Assembly: GCA_027491415.1 (NCBI GenBank)
Contig: JAOZFH010000026.1
Coordinates: 62,046-126,045 of the forward strand
Length of the DNA: 64,000 bases
DNA from: Thermoproteota archaeon
GTDB taxonomy: Archaea; Korarchaeota; Korarchaeia; Korarchaeales; Korarchaeaceae
Reading direction: 5' to 3'
The translations under genes and the position numbers were made by a program. Positions within the stretch are counted from its first letter, which is position 1. Each line of letters opens with the position of its first letter. This document shows, one piece after another, positions 19,693 to 29,264 of the stretch. The notes beneath the pieces are model-generated. The model was not told the origin of the DNA and did no database searches. It saw only the letters and a list, made by a program, of their open reading frames with translations.

Positions 19693-20346
19693 CTACCAGA
19701 TAACGTTAGGCCTGCACCCGATCGAATCCGCCACCAGCGCCGGCAGGTCTATCACGGCGCGAGCCCTCTCGATCACCGCCACGTCCGAACTCGCGGCGAT
19801 CTCAAAGCCCGATATCAGAGTGTCCACCCGGCGGTGCGTCATAGATGTCCCAGTCAGCCCGGCCTCGGCCATCTTCTCCCTGGCCATGGCGGCAAGTTCT
19901 CCGCTGCGACTCATTGGCTCGTCGAAGGCGAGGAGCACCTCGGCCGGTCTCAGCCCGCTCAGCGCATCCACGATGAGATCCATCGCGCTCTCAGTGACAT
20001 CCGACGGCTTGTATGAAGAGAAAACTCCCCGAAGGTCTCGGAGGAACCCATCGGTGCAGAGGAAGACAGGCTCCTCCAGAAGCATGGCCTCCACGGTGAT
20101 CAGCACGTTGTAGCCGTCGACTCCGATCGACCTGCCGGTCGCTAGGCTCGGGGGGGTCAACTTCGAGGCGGCGAGGACGACCTCCTCCGGCCACCTGACG
20201 AGTCTCTCGACGGCAGCCCTCTCCGCCCTCGTCAGAGACAGCTTGTCGCCGACCAAGTCGACGGCCCTCCTCTTGGGGAGCGACAGGGCGGCCAGGACGA
20301 GGACCTCCCTGGCCGCCCTTCTCACGAGGTCTATCCGGACGGGCAT
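19693..20346 (-). CDS. DUF434 domain protein (PIN-like)
   Basis: LVGDKLSL, VDGYNVLITVE, DGFLRDL, DEPMSRSGELA, ASSD. Confidence 0.8.
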   Translation of the reverse strand: MPVRIDLVRRAAREVLVLAALSLPKRRAVDLVGDKLSLTRAERAAVERLVRWPEEVVLAASKLTPPSLATGRSIGVDGYNVLITVEAMLLEEPVFLCTDGFLRDLRGVFSSYKPSDVTESAMDLIVDALSGLRPAEVLLAFDEPMSRSGELAAMAREKMAEAGLTGTSMTHRRVDTLISGFEIAASSDVAVIERARAVIDLPALVADSIGCRPNVIW

Positions 20347-23090
20347 CAGAGACTCCTCAGCTCCTCGGCTATTTCTTCCGCCAAGTTCTCAGGTGTAACC
20401 TCGGGAGGTATGGACCCCCAGGCCATCCTCTCCTGACCTCCTCCCCTACCTCCCACCCTCTTCAGGACGCTTGAGAGAAGCTTGCCTGCGTGTACGCCCC
20501 TCTTCGCGGCCTCCTCCCCGACGGCGAGGACGACCTGCCTCTGGCCCGACCCTCCCAGCAGGCACAGGACTGCCCTCGGGTTGGAGCGGGCAAACGAGTC
20601 GGCGGCGTCGGTCAGGGCCTTCCTATCCGTGAGGTCCACGGGGACGACCCGCAGCTCCAGGCCGTTCACTTCAGCGGGTGAGCTCTCCCTTATGCTGACC
20701 TCGAGGAGCCTCTCCAGGGCGGCCGTAAGTCTCTTGCTGAGCTCGCGGTTCTCGCTGACCAGGTTCTCAACCGCAGACTCCACCTTCTCCAGCGGAGATC
20801 CCACCACCATAGAGATCCTCTTGACCCTGTCGTAGGCCTCCAAGAGCCTCTCCACGGCGGCCATGCCGGAGCTGAACTCCAGTCTGACGACCCCGTCCTG
20901 AATCCTCCTTGCCCTCCAGACCTTGATGGGGCCTATCTCCCCCGTCCTCCTGACGTGAGTCCCCGCGCACGCCTGGACGTTGAAGTCCTCTATCTCCACA
21001 ATCCTCAGGGTGAGGTCCGGGACGACACCACCCTGGTAGATCTCGAACCCGTAGATCCTCTCAGCCTCCTGCCTAGGCATCCACTTGGTCCTGACCGGCC
21101 TGTTCTCCATCACGATCTGGTTAGCCAGGAGCTCTATCCTCCTCAGCTCCTCGTCGCTCACTGACTTGTAGTGTGTTATGTCCAGCCTACTCTCCTTCTC
21201 TCCCTTCTGAGCTCCCCACTGCCAGACGTGGTCGCCGAGAACCCTCTTTGCAGACTCGAGCAGGACGTGGGTGCCGGTGTGGTGCCTCATGAGGGAGAGC
21301 CTCCTTGGCCAGTCTATCTCTCCCTCGACCCTGTCCCCCACCCTCACCCTCGAGAGGTCTCCCTTGACGTAGTGGATGACCCGGTCCTTGACTTTCTCCG
21401 CCCTGACTACCTCCAGCGCGCCTCCACCCTCGAGCCTGAGGAACCCTATGTCGGACGGCTGGCCTCCCCCCTCCGGGTAGAAGGCCGTCCTGTCCAGCAC
21501 CACGGCCTCTCCGCCTAGGACCCCGACTACCCTCGCCTCGAACCTGAGGGCGTACGGGTCCTCGTAGTAGAGGAGTTCGGTCCCCGGGAGCGCCTCCACC
21601 TCCTCAACGTACTTGGGGAGTTCTGGCGGCTTGACCTCTGGGGCCTCGTGCCTAGCGGCTATCAGCTCGTAGAAGTTGTCCGGTACCTCCAGCTCTATCC
21701 CGTGCCTCTTGGCGACGTCGGCGGCCAGCTCCGGAGGGACGCCGTGAGAGTCGTAGAGCTCCATCAGGAAGTCGAGCGTGAGGCCCTTACCCTTCCTTCG
21801 CTTGAGTTCCCTCTCTATCAACTGGAGCCCCTTCTGGAGGGTCTCTCTAAACCTCTGCTCCTCTAATTGGACCATGTCCAAGATCCTGCCCCTCTTCTCG
21901 AGGAGCTCGGGGAACTGCCTTCCCCAGTAGTTGAGCTGGAGATCGACCAGCTCGGCCAGCTGGACCTCAGCCTCAAGGGCCCTTATGGCTCTCAAGGCCC
22001 TCCTGATCACGAGTCTGCCGAGGTAGCCCTCCTTGGTGTTCGACGGGACGAGCCCATCCGCCAGCATGAAGGCAATCGTCTTCGTGTGGTCCAGGACCGA
22101 GTAGGCGAGCTCTAGAGGGGTCAGAGCGGCGTCGAGCTCGTCGGGATCCACCTCCAGCTGATCCGCTATTGCCCTCCTGAGCTCGCGGAGCTTACTCCCC
22201 CTCTCGACCTTTGCGGTCAGCGAGGAGAGCGTTGAGTAGCGGTTCAGGAGGTCGACGTCCGGCCGCCGCACCCCCAGCCTGTCGAGGAAGGCGTCCGTCA
22301 GACTCCCGTAGATCGCGTCGAATGCGGTTGGAGTACCCTGGGAGAGCCAGACTATCCTCTCCAGCCCGTACCCCGTGTCCACCACCCTGGTGTCCATCTT
22401 CTCGTATCTGCCGTCCGTGACCTTGTACTCCATGAACACCAGGGTAGCTATCTCGAGTCCCCTCACTATTGGCTCCACGTCAGGGCCCGCGTTGCCTCCT
22501 CCCTCCCACCATCCCTCCTTGTAGATTATCTCCTCCTCCGGTATCCCCAGAACCCTGGTCGCATACTCGTGGAACAGCTCGAGGGTTCTCTCCTTCCAGT
22601 AGATCTCCTGCCCGGGCCTGTTGAAGGCGTGGTGTGCCATCATTTCGAATATGGTGAGATGGCGGCCCATGGTCAGGCCGACCTTGTCGATGTCCTTGAG
22701 CCGTATGCAGGGCTGCGAGATCGTGAGCGGGTTGGCTGGGGGAGGGACGAGGCCGGCCGTCACGTATGGCTGGAAGTCCACTATAGACGCACTGGTGAGG
22801 AAGAGGTCGTCCCTCCACCTGGCCACCACCGGGTATCTCCTTATCCTAGTGTGCCCGCGGGACTCCATGAACGAGAGAAATCCCTCGCGGGCCTCCTCAA
22901 TTGTCAGCTTCCTCGAGAGTCCGCCGCCTATGAAACCGTACGGCTCGCAGGGCGCCTCGCCGCAGACCTCCCTGTCAGGGTCCAGCGTCCAGAAGTACTC
23001 CCCGCACTTGGGGCATCTCTTGCGCACGTAGCCCCTCTCCTCGAAGAATTCGAGCCTGAGGGACTCTCCAGGGTCCGGCCTCCTCGCCAT
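20346..23090 (-). CDS. alaS: Alanine--tRNA ligase (archaeal type)
   Basis: RYPVVARWRDDL, DTGYGLER, DHTK, FYPEGGGQ, HHTGTH, CAGTH, GGRGGG. Confidence 0.97.
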   Translation of the reverse strand: MARRPDPGESLRLEFFEERGYVRKRCPKCGEYFWTLDPDREVCGEAPCEPYGFIGGGLSRKLTIEEAREGFLSFMESRGHTRIRRYPVVARWRDDLFLTSASIVDFQPYVTAGLVPPPANPLTISQPCIRLKDIDKVGLTMGRHLTIFEMMAHHAFNRPGQEIYWKERTLELFHEYATRVLGIPEEEIIYKEGWWEGGGNAGPDVEPIVRGLEIATLVFMEYKVTDGRYEKMDTRVVDTGYGLERIVWLSQGTPTAFDAIYGSLTDAFLDRLGVRRPDVDLLNRYSTLSSLTAKVERGSKLRELRRAIADQLEVDPDELDAALTPLELAYSVLDHTKTIAFMLADGLVPSNTKEGYLGRLVIRRALRAIRALEAEVQLAELVDLQLNYWGRQFPELLEKRGRILDMVQLEEQRFRETLQKGLQLIERELKRRKGKGLTLDFLMELYDSHGVPPELAADVAKRHGIELEVPDNFYELIAARHEAPEVKPPELPKYVEEVEALPGTELLYYEDPYALRFEARVVGVLGGEAVVLDRTAFYPEGGGQPSDIGFLRLEGGGALEVVRAEKVKDRVIHYVKGDLSRVRVGDRVEGEIDWPRRLSLMRHHTGTHVLLESAKRVLGDHVWQWGAQKGEKESRLDITHYKSVSDEELRRIELLANQIVMENRPVRTKWMPRQEAERIYGFEIYQGGVVPDLTLRIVEIEDFNVQACAGTHVRRTGEIGPIKVWRARRIQDGVVRLEFSSGMAAVERLLEAYDRVKRISMVVGSPLEKVESAVENLVSENRELSKRLTAALERLLEVSIRESSPAEVNGLELRVVPVDLTDRKALTDAADSFARSNPRAVLCLLGGSGQRQVVLAVGEEAAKRGVHAGKLLSSVLKRVGGRGGGQERMAWGSIPPEVTPENLAEEIAEELRSL

Positions 23091-23142
23091 GTTAATCGGG
23101 AAGGGCGCTGATCGGTCGAATAAAATAAGGTAGTTAGGGGGC

Positions 23143-23463
23143 TCAGCCGAACAGCGCGCCGAGCCCGGCTATGGCCGCCTCCTCTTCCTCCTCCTTCTTC
23201 TCTTCCTCCTTCTTCTCCTCTGTTGGCTTCTCCTCCGCTGCCGCCTCCGCGGCGGGCATCGGCGCGGCGGCCACTGGCGCCACCGCCGCGGACTTGATCA
23301 CCTCCTCGATGTCCACTCCCTCCAAGGCCTCAACGAGCTGCTTAACCCTGGCGGGATCGGGCTCAACCCCGGCGGCCTTGAGGATGGAGCTGACCGAGTT
23401 CTCGTCTATCTCCTTGCCCAGTTCGTGGAGCAACAGGGCGGCGTACACGTACTCGAGCCCCAT
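23143..23463 (-). CDS. rpl12: 50S ribosomal stalk protein P1 (L12)
   Basis: [10 protein letters not shown], Ala/Glu-rich linker, GLGALFG C-terminus. Confidence 0.96.
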   Translation of the reverse strand: MGLEYVYAALLLHELGKEIDENSVSSILKAAGVEPDPARVKQLVEALEGVDIEEVIKSAAVAPVAAAPMPAAEAAAEEKPTEEKKEEEKKEEEEEAAIAGLGALFG

Positions 23464-23521
23464 AGATCAACCACCTGTTCGGCGTCGTCACCCACTGCCG
23501 CGATAAAAAAGGTTTGTCCCC

Positions 23522-25660
23522 CTACCTCGGCAGTCCGAGGCGGGGTCTCCTAGAGGCGTAGCGGCTGGGCATTCCCCTGGCCGCGAAGAATGAGGCCGCA
23601 GCCACGGCGCCCACCATGCCTATTAGAGCGGCAGTAACTATGATCTTCTGGGACCTGGGGACCTCCACGAGGAATGAGACTTCCAGCGCGTCAGCTCCCC
23701 CAATCTTGTACTCCTGCTCTCCGGCCTCGCCCTTGAACGTCGCGTTGATCATGGAGATGTTGTAGGCCCCCATCCTCTGGACCCTCATCCTCATGCTAAA
23801 CTCAACCGAGGCGCCCGGGTCTATGCTGTCCGCCCTAAACGTGACCCTCCAACCTCCCTCCTCGGTCCTCTCCTGTGCGGTCACCGGCCCCTCGGATTCG
23901 AGGAGGTCTATCCCTGGTGGGATCTCCAGGGTCAGCTCTATGTCCCTGGCCTGACCGCTCCCGTCGTTCGACACGCTGAAGACCATCTCGGCCAGGTCGC
24001 CCACTATCAGCCTGCTAGGGGGGGACGTGATCAGCTCCAAGCCCACCGCGGGCTTCACGATCCTGATAATGAGAGTGTTGGAGTACTTGAGCTGGGGGAC
24101 GTCCCTCTCCTTGTACTGCACCTCCGCCGCGGGGAGCGTGGCAGACCCCTCCTTCTTGGCCTTGAGCTTGTAAGAGAGGGTCATGCTCTTCCCGGGGGCG
24201 AGGCTCTTGACCGAGGCCGACGTCTTGCCCTGAACGAGCTCGAAGTACTCCTCGGGGAAGGAGTCCGTCACCGTAACGTCGGTCGCGGGCGCCCCGCCCT
24301 CGTTCACCACCTTGACGATCACATTGATCGTCCCGTTGACGCTCACCTCCGACGGAGATGCTTGCTTGTTGATCGATATCGACGGGAGCTCCGGCTCGCT
24401 GACGACGATGACCTTGCTCACTTTGGCCTGGAAGTTCTTGCCCACCTTGTCTTGCCACTCGACGAGGATCGTCGTGTTGAAGTAGGAGCCCATTATCGTT
24501 ATGTCCTCTGGGAATATCACCTTGAACTTGATCCTCTGAGTCACGGCGTTCTTCGGGAGCCTCGGAACAAGCATTGGGGTTGTCATCGTGCCCGTGAAGG
24601 GCTTGCCGGTCAGGCCAGGGACCTCAGGGCTCACCACCAAGATCTGAGGCAGGGGGGGCTGGACGCTGAGCCATATGGACACGTTGAACGCGTCCCCAGT
24701 CCCGGCGTTCTTGAGCGTGAACTCGAACGACACCTGGTCCCCAGGCTGGGCCGTCAGAGAAGAGTGGTTGAGGTTGATCCTCACCTCGGGGACGCCCACA
24801 TCCCTGTATATGTCTCCCACCACTATGTAGAAGCGAACTGTGTGGCTCTGAACCCTGCCGGGATCGTAAACCCACACCTCGTGCGTCGATGTGCTGTGCT
24901 GTTCGTCCTTCTTGAAGTCAACGGGGTAGCTCACGCCGATGGTCGCCACCAGCTTTGCGTAGGCCTTGCCGTTCGCCGAGGCGGAGAACTCGAACGTGTA
25001 GTTCGCGCCCTCTCTGGGCTTCGGCGGGGGGATGGAGAAGTTAGTCGGATTGTCTACGGGTGGGAGGGTCGCTACCAGCTCGATCGTCGCGTTCTCCGTG
25101 CCCTCCACCCGTCCGTAGGCGGTCGTCAGCCTGGCCCACTTGGGCGTGCCGCTCCCCTCGTTCATCACGGTGACCGTGAGGTCCACGACTGCAGAGGTCT
25201 GGTTGAAGACCAGCTGGGTTGGGGTCACGGGATGAAGTCTCAGCTTCGTTTCTGGAGAGTAAACGCTGTTCTTTATGTCGAACTTCGCCTTACCTCCATC
25301 TGCGGTCGTGGACTCGGTCCCGTACAGGTGAACCTCGAATACGGCTGGCCCTCCTTCTCTGCAGTAGGCCTTTATGACGCCTTGAACCTCCTCCTGCTGG
25401 TTGGAGGCTTGGAAGACTCCACAGAGTTCTTGCTCCTTCCATACCTCCAGCATGTATATGTTGACGACTCCGGCGGAGACATGGGCCACTATCCTGAAGG
25501 GTCCGACCATCATCTCGCTGTTGTTGGCGAGTTCTATGTCGAGCCAGTCGTAGGTCTTGGTGGCTGCGCTGGCAGGTATAACGACAGTAGACGCCGGGAT
25601 GGAGACCAAGAGCGCCAATACAATTAGCGCTGCTGGGACCTTAGCGCGAAGATTTCCCAT
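23522..25660 (-). CDS. Secreted COG1361-like surface protein with CARDB/DUF11-like Ig repeats and C-terminal membrane anchor
   Basis: Signal peptide, repeated V.N.G...A..V motifs, many N-x-S/T sequons, terminal TM plus basic tail; ATG 25660 preferred over TTG 25696 because of the TATA-like element at ~25697-25703. Confidence 0.72.
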   Translation of the reverse strand: MGNLRAKVPAALIVLALLVSIPASTVVIPASAATKTYDWLDIELANNSEMMVGPFRIVAHVSAGVVNIYMLEVWKEQELCGVFQASNQQEEVQGVIKAYCREGGPAVFEVHLYGTESTTADGGKAKFDIKNSVYSPETKLRLHPVTPTQLVFNQTSAVVDLTVTVMNEGSGTPKWARLTTAYGRVEGTENATIELVATLPPVDNPTNFSIPPPKPREGANYTFEFSASANGKAYAKLVATIGVSYPVDFKKDEQHSTSTHEVWVYDPGRVQSHTVRFYIVVGDIYRDVGVPEVRINLNHSSLTAQPGDQVSFEFTLKNAGTGDAFNVSIWLSVQPPLPQILVVSPEVPGLTGKPFTGTMTTPMLVPRLPKNAVTQRIKFKVIFPEDITIMGSYFNTTILVEWQDKVGKNFQAKVSKVIVVSEPELPSISINKQASPSEVSVNGTINVIVKVVNEGGAPATDVTVTDSFPEEYFELVQGKTSASVKSLAPGKSMTLSYKLKAKKEGSATLPAAEVQYKERDVPQLKYSNTLIIRIVKPAVGLELITSPPSRLIVGDLAEMVFSVSNDGSGQARDIELTLEIPPGIDLLESEGPVTAQERTEEGGWRVTFRADSIDPGASVEFSMRMRVQRMGAYNISMINATFKGEAGEQEYKIGGADALEVSFLVEVPRSQKIIVTAALIGMVGAVAAASFFAARGMPSRYASRRPRLGLPR

Positions 25661-25728
25661 ACCGGAGGCCACCCTCCAGCCGCGCTGCTCGATCAACTAT
25701 TAATTTCCAAACTTCGGCCAGAGACGTA

Positions 25729-25806
25729 GGGCCCGTAGCTCAGCAAGGATAGAGCGGCGGCCTTCTAAGCCGCAGGTCGGGGGTTCGAGTCCCCCCGGGC
25801 CCGCCA
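25729..25806 (+). tRNA. tRNA-Arg(TCT), intronless, CCA encoded
   Basis: GGGCCCG acceptor, GCGGC-CTTCTAA-GCCGC anticodon arm, GGTTCGAGTCC T arm, ends GCCA. Confidence 0.95.
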
Positions 25807-26445
25807 TCACCCCTTAACCATCAGCCCGTCCAGGAGGATCTCCGCCACATCTTGGTCGGTCCCACCGAAGAGCGGAACCTTGAGCACCTCATCTAGCCGG
25901 CGCCCGCTGAGCCAAGGTATGCCTACCTTGTGACCCTTTACCGGGACCTCCACCACGAGGTACTGACCATTCGGATCCACATCTATTGCGTACTTCCCTA
26001 TCATGCATACAAGGAGTCTATCAAACGCCTTGGCCAGGGCCTCCTCGCTTCGCCCAGCCACGACGACGGTTGAGTTTTCCTTGATGACGTAGATGCCAGA
26101 TTCCAGGGGCCAACCCTCGGGCCCCCTGATCACGAGAAAGGATGAGTTGGTGCGCGGAGCCTCCGCCATCCTGTCCAGCTCGAGTATGATGAGGTGCGAG
26201 GTGTTCCCGAAGGCTCCGGCGGTCATGACGTTAGCCGTCACAGAGAGGGAGTAGGAGATCTTGGAGTAGAGTTCGACGTGGTTGGCGGCTATCTGAGGAT
26301 CGAATACGAGGACCATCGAAAATGGAACGCTTGCTCTTGAAGACGTGAAGGCCACGTAGGCGTAGGTAGCCCCGACCGCCCCCAAGATTACTGCCGCTAG
26401 AAGGGCCCCGAGGCGGGCATCCACCTTAGAGCGCCTCTTTGGCAT
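25807..26445 (-). CDS. Membrane-anchored hypothetical protein, possibly S-layer-associated
   Basis: N-terminal basic stretch plus TM; VVVAGRSEEALAKA resembles the S-layer C-terminal VAG..R motif. Confidence 0.55.
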   Translation of the reverse strand: MPKRRSKVDARLGALLAAVILGAVGATYAYVAFTSSRASVPFSMVLVFDPQIAANHVELYSKISYSLSVTANVMTAGAFGNTSHLIILELDRMAEAPRTNSSFLVIRGPEGWPLESGIYVIKENSTVVVAGRSEEALAKAFDRLLVCMIGKYAIDVDPNGQYLVVEVPVKGHKVGIPWLSGRRLDEVLKVPLFGGTDQDVAEILLDGLMVKG

Positions 26446-26497
26446 CTCAACAACCCCCCCAAAACCTCTGCCATGGACGACGCATCGCCCAGAAGCC

Positions 26498-28948
26498 TCA
26501 TATTCTGCGGACCCTCCTTGAAGGCCTCGACGGCCTTCTGGTGGGCCTCCTCCTTACAGGATATCGCGCCCTCCTCCTCTGGCGCGCCCTAGACCGTCTC
26601 CAGCTGACCAGTCTAACTACCAATAGTGCGATCACGAGTGCGGTCGCGGCCGCGAAGAGGACCTTGAATTTGGTGGACATCAGCACCGTTACCTCCACTA
26701 TGGCGCTGTCCGAGAACCCCTTGAAGACCTGTCCGCCGGGATCGGAATATCTCATGTTCAACGAAATTATGTCGTTCTGCTTGGGCGAGAAGTAGAACGA
26801 CCCCGCTCTGGCGATCACCGTGAAAGTAACTGAGTCTCCCGGTTCCAGGGGTCCCAATTTGATCCTACGCTCCCTCTCTGATGGCGCGGTTATCGTGGCG
26901 TTGGAGGGACCGTCCACCACGGATATGGAGACCTTGGGATTGCCCGTGACCACCACCACGACCTCTTTGCTCTCCGCGTTGCCGTCGTTTATCAGGGTGA
27001 CAGCGAACGCCCTTGTTTTGCCCCACTCGACGGCAAGCTCCGAAGCGTTCAGCCTCATGGAGACCATCGGCCTCCTCACGGTTACGTAGGACTCCCTAGT
27101 CACGTTCCTCGGATTGCCTAGCGCGTCGGAGTACTCAATTGAGGTCCTAGAGAGGAGGATTGTGCCGGGCGGCGCGTCGGCCGCCCTCACGACGTACGTG
27201 TAGGAGATCGTCTGGTCCGGCTCTATGTACCCAAGATAGGGATAGCCCGCCGTGGCCGCCTGGGCGACCTCGCTGTAGTTGGCGCCCTGAGACAGGAGCT
27301 CAAATCCGTCCCCGAGTATCTCCCTTATGACACACCCCTGGATCGGTAAGTCGCCCCTGTTCCTCATGGTCACCGTAACCGTGACTATGCCGCCGAGGGA
27401 GACGTTTCCAGGGTTGACAGTCTTAGATAAGATCTCTATCCTCCCGTCCCTGGCTAGCGCGAACGTGAAGTGCCTCGTGTACAGCACGTAGCCAGCCTGA
27501 TCCTTCAGCAGGAACGTAACCCTGGTATTCGTCACGCCCTCAACCGCCCCGGCCGCCCTCACTTTGACGGAGAACGAGCCGTTGCCGTAGGCGCCGACGA
27601 CGAAGGGGTTCGTCGTGTTGGAAACGAGCTCGAGGTCGGGCGGGAGCCGGACCTCGACGACGAAGATCCTAGGCCTGGGGGCGCCGTTCTCCACACCCAG
27701 CGATATCTTGACCTCGCCACCCTCCACAAGCCTTGGTGGATCGTACTCAGGGAAGTAGCCCAGCCCGGACGCGGCGACTCGGAGGTCTATCGTGCTCACC
27801 TTAGACCAGTCCAACAGGAACCTGGCAATCTCACTCGAGAACACCAGTGAAGTGAGTATGTCTCCCAGCGAACCTGGGGGGGACCAGAGCCCTGTCTCAT
27901 CGTCCTGCTTCTCGAGGATTATGTCGACGTACAGCCTCGCGTGCACCTTGACCTCCTTGGTGTCTATCACCCCTAGGCTGCTCATCCTCAGCAGCGTGTG
28001 GAGGATCGGAACGGCAACGTCCCAGTCTGGCTGGTACATCGACATGTAGGACATCAAGTACTTGGCCGAACCCGCCAAGATCGACTGATCCACCTCAAAC
28101 CCCTGGAGTGCCGCCTTGGCGAGGGCGTCGGACGCCTCGGCCGTAACCTGCAGGCGATCCCTGGTGAACCCCCTGTAGGTCACCTCGTTCCAGTAGACCT
28201 CGGCGCCTGACCTGATGGCGCCCCCCTCCAAGTAGTCGATCGCCCTCTCGATGGCCGCGTTGAGTCCGCTCACGCGCTTACCCATGCCGAGGCTGTGGGC
28301 CTGAATGAGCACATCGAGGACGTGGGCCGTCACAAGCGGGTTAGACTGGGTGTAAGACGGCGCAGATGGGTTGACCGGGTTTATTGGCCATCCGCCGTCC
28401 TGCTTCTGCGCCGAGATCATCGCCGATATGCTGGAGGCAAGCTTCGGATCGTCCGGAGATACCAACCCGGCCGTGACGGCCCACAGCAGGGCCCTCAAAA
28501 TCCCATAGGACGCGTCGACGTCGACGATGTTGCCCTCGCTCCCGAACCAGAGGCCTCCCTGATTCAGATAGTCAGCGATCGCCGCCCCGAAGTCTCTGGC
28601 CATGGCAAGCTTGTCGGCCTCTCCCGACAGCCCCAGGGCGTCCGCGTTAATCAGGAATATGCTGAAGGTCTCTAGGACCAGCGCGTTGACCATCTGGTTG
28701 GGGTCCTGCCTGTACAGTCCTACGTTGACGTACACAATCCCCGAGGGCGTGAACACTATGGGGGCCGAGGTTACGTCCTGAGAAATGGGTATCTTCTCCG
28801 TGAGGAAGACGACGTACTTTGCCAAGGCCTCCTCAATAGCCCCCGTGGGCTGCGCGGAGATCGGAACGGTGAGCTGGGGAAGGAGCACAAGGGTCAAGAG
28901 AGGCGGCAGCAATGTCCTACGGCATAATTTCGGGCCAACGAGCCCCAT
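26498..28948 (-). CDS. Secreted prenyltransferase/A2M-TED-like alpha-alpha barrel protein with Ig-like domains and C-terminal anchor
   Basis: Signal peptide; AQKQDGGW, TAHVL..L, IERAIDYL, KQDDETGLW repeats; CARDB/DUF11-like C-terminal half; TM plus Arg-rich tail. Confidence 0.68.
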   Translation of the reverse strand: MGLVGPKLCRRTLLPPLLTLVLLPQLTVPISAQPTGAIEEALAKYVVFLTEKIPISQDVTSAPIVFTPSGIVYVNVGLYRQDPNQMVNALVLETFSIFLINADALGLSGEADKLAMARDFGAAIADYLNQGGLWFGSEGNIVDVDASYGILRALLWAVTAGLVSPDDPKLASSISAMISAQKQDGGWPINPVNPSAPSYTQSNPLVTAHVLDVLIQAHSLGMGKRVSGLNAAIERAIDYLEGGAIRSGAEVYWNEVTYRGFTRDRLQVTAEASDALAKAALQGFEVDQSILAGSAKYLMSYMSMYQPDWDVAVPILHTLLRMSSLGVIDTKEVKVHARLYVDIILEKQDDETGLWSPPGSLGDILTSLVFSSEIARFLLDWSKVSTIDLRVAASGLGYFPEYDPPRLVEGGEVKISLGVENGAPRPRIFVVEVRLPPDLELVSNTTNPFVVGAYGNGSFSVKVRAAGAVEGVTNTRVTFLLKDQAGYVLYTRHFTFALARDGRIEILSKTVNPGNVSLGGIVTVTVTMRNRGDLPIQGCVIREILGDGFELLSQGANYSEVAQAATAGYPYLGYIEPDQTISYTYVVRAADAPPGTILLSRTSIEYSDALGNPRNVTRESYVTVRRPMVSMRLNASELAVEWGKTRAFAVTLINDGNAESKEVVVVVTGNPKVSISVVDGPSNATITAPSERERRIKLGPLEPGDSVTFTVIARAGSFYFSPKQNDIISLNMRYSDPGGQVFKGFSDSAIVEVTVLMSTKFKVLFAAATALVIALLVVRLVSWRRSRARQRRRARYPVRRRPTRRPSRPSRRVRRI

Positions 28949-29240
28949 ATCTACTCGCAGGTAAGTCCATGTGCTGGACTAAAAAAGGTCTCATAGGCTT
29001 CAGCCTTCGGCTACAGAGCGGCCCGCTATATGCGCGCCGCACTCGCAAGTGATCGTCTGTTCCTAGCCACAGCCGCAACAGGCTGCCGGGGGACAAGTAA
29101 ACTTTCCAGGGAAAGACGTCAGCTCCTCCGGTGACCTCTACCCTCTCGGCGTGTGTTCTCTGTGCAGGTGGAGTCTGTGAATTAACGACCTCGGCGAGGC
29201 CGACCTCGAGGAAGAACCAGGGCGCGTCGCTCAGAGACCG

Positions 29241-29250
29241 GGAAAAGAAA
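29241..29250 (-). terminator. Oligo-T terminator of the S-layer gene
   Basis: Minus strand TTTCTTTTCC about 15 nt after the stop codon. Confidence 0.5.
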
Positions 29251-29264
29251 GGGGGTGGGGAGGC

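Noticed and set aside
19657-19695. DUF434 TAG is in frame with mtnA with no intervening stop (possible read-through fusion)
   Set aside because: DUF434 looks complete, mtnA has its own GGAGG SD and ATG, and in-frame neighbours occur by chance one time in three
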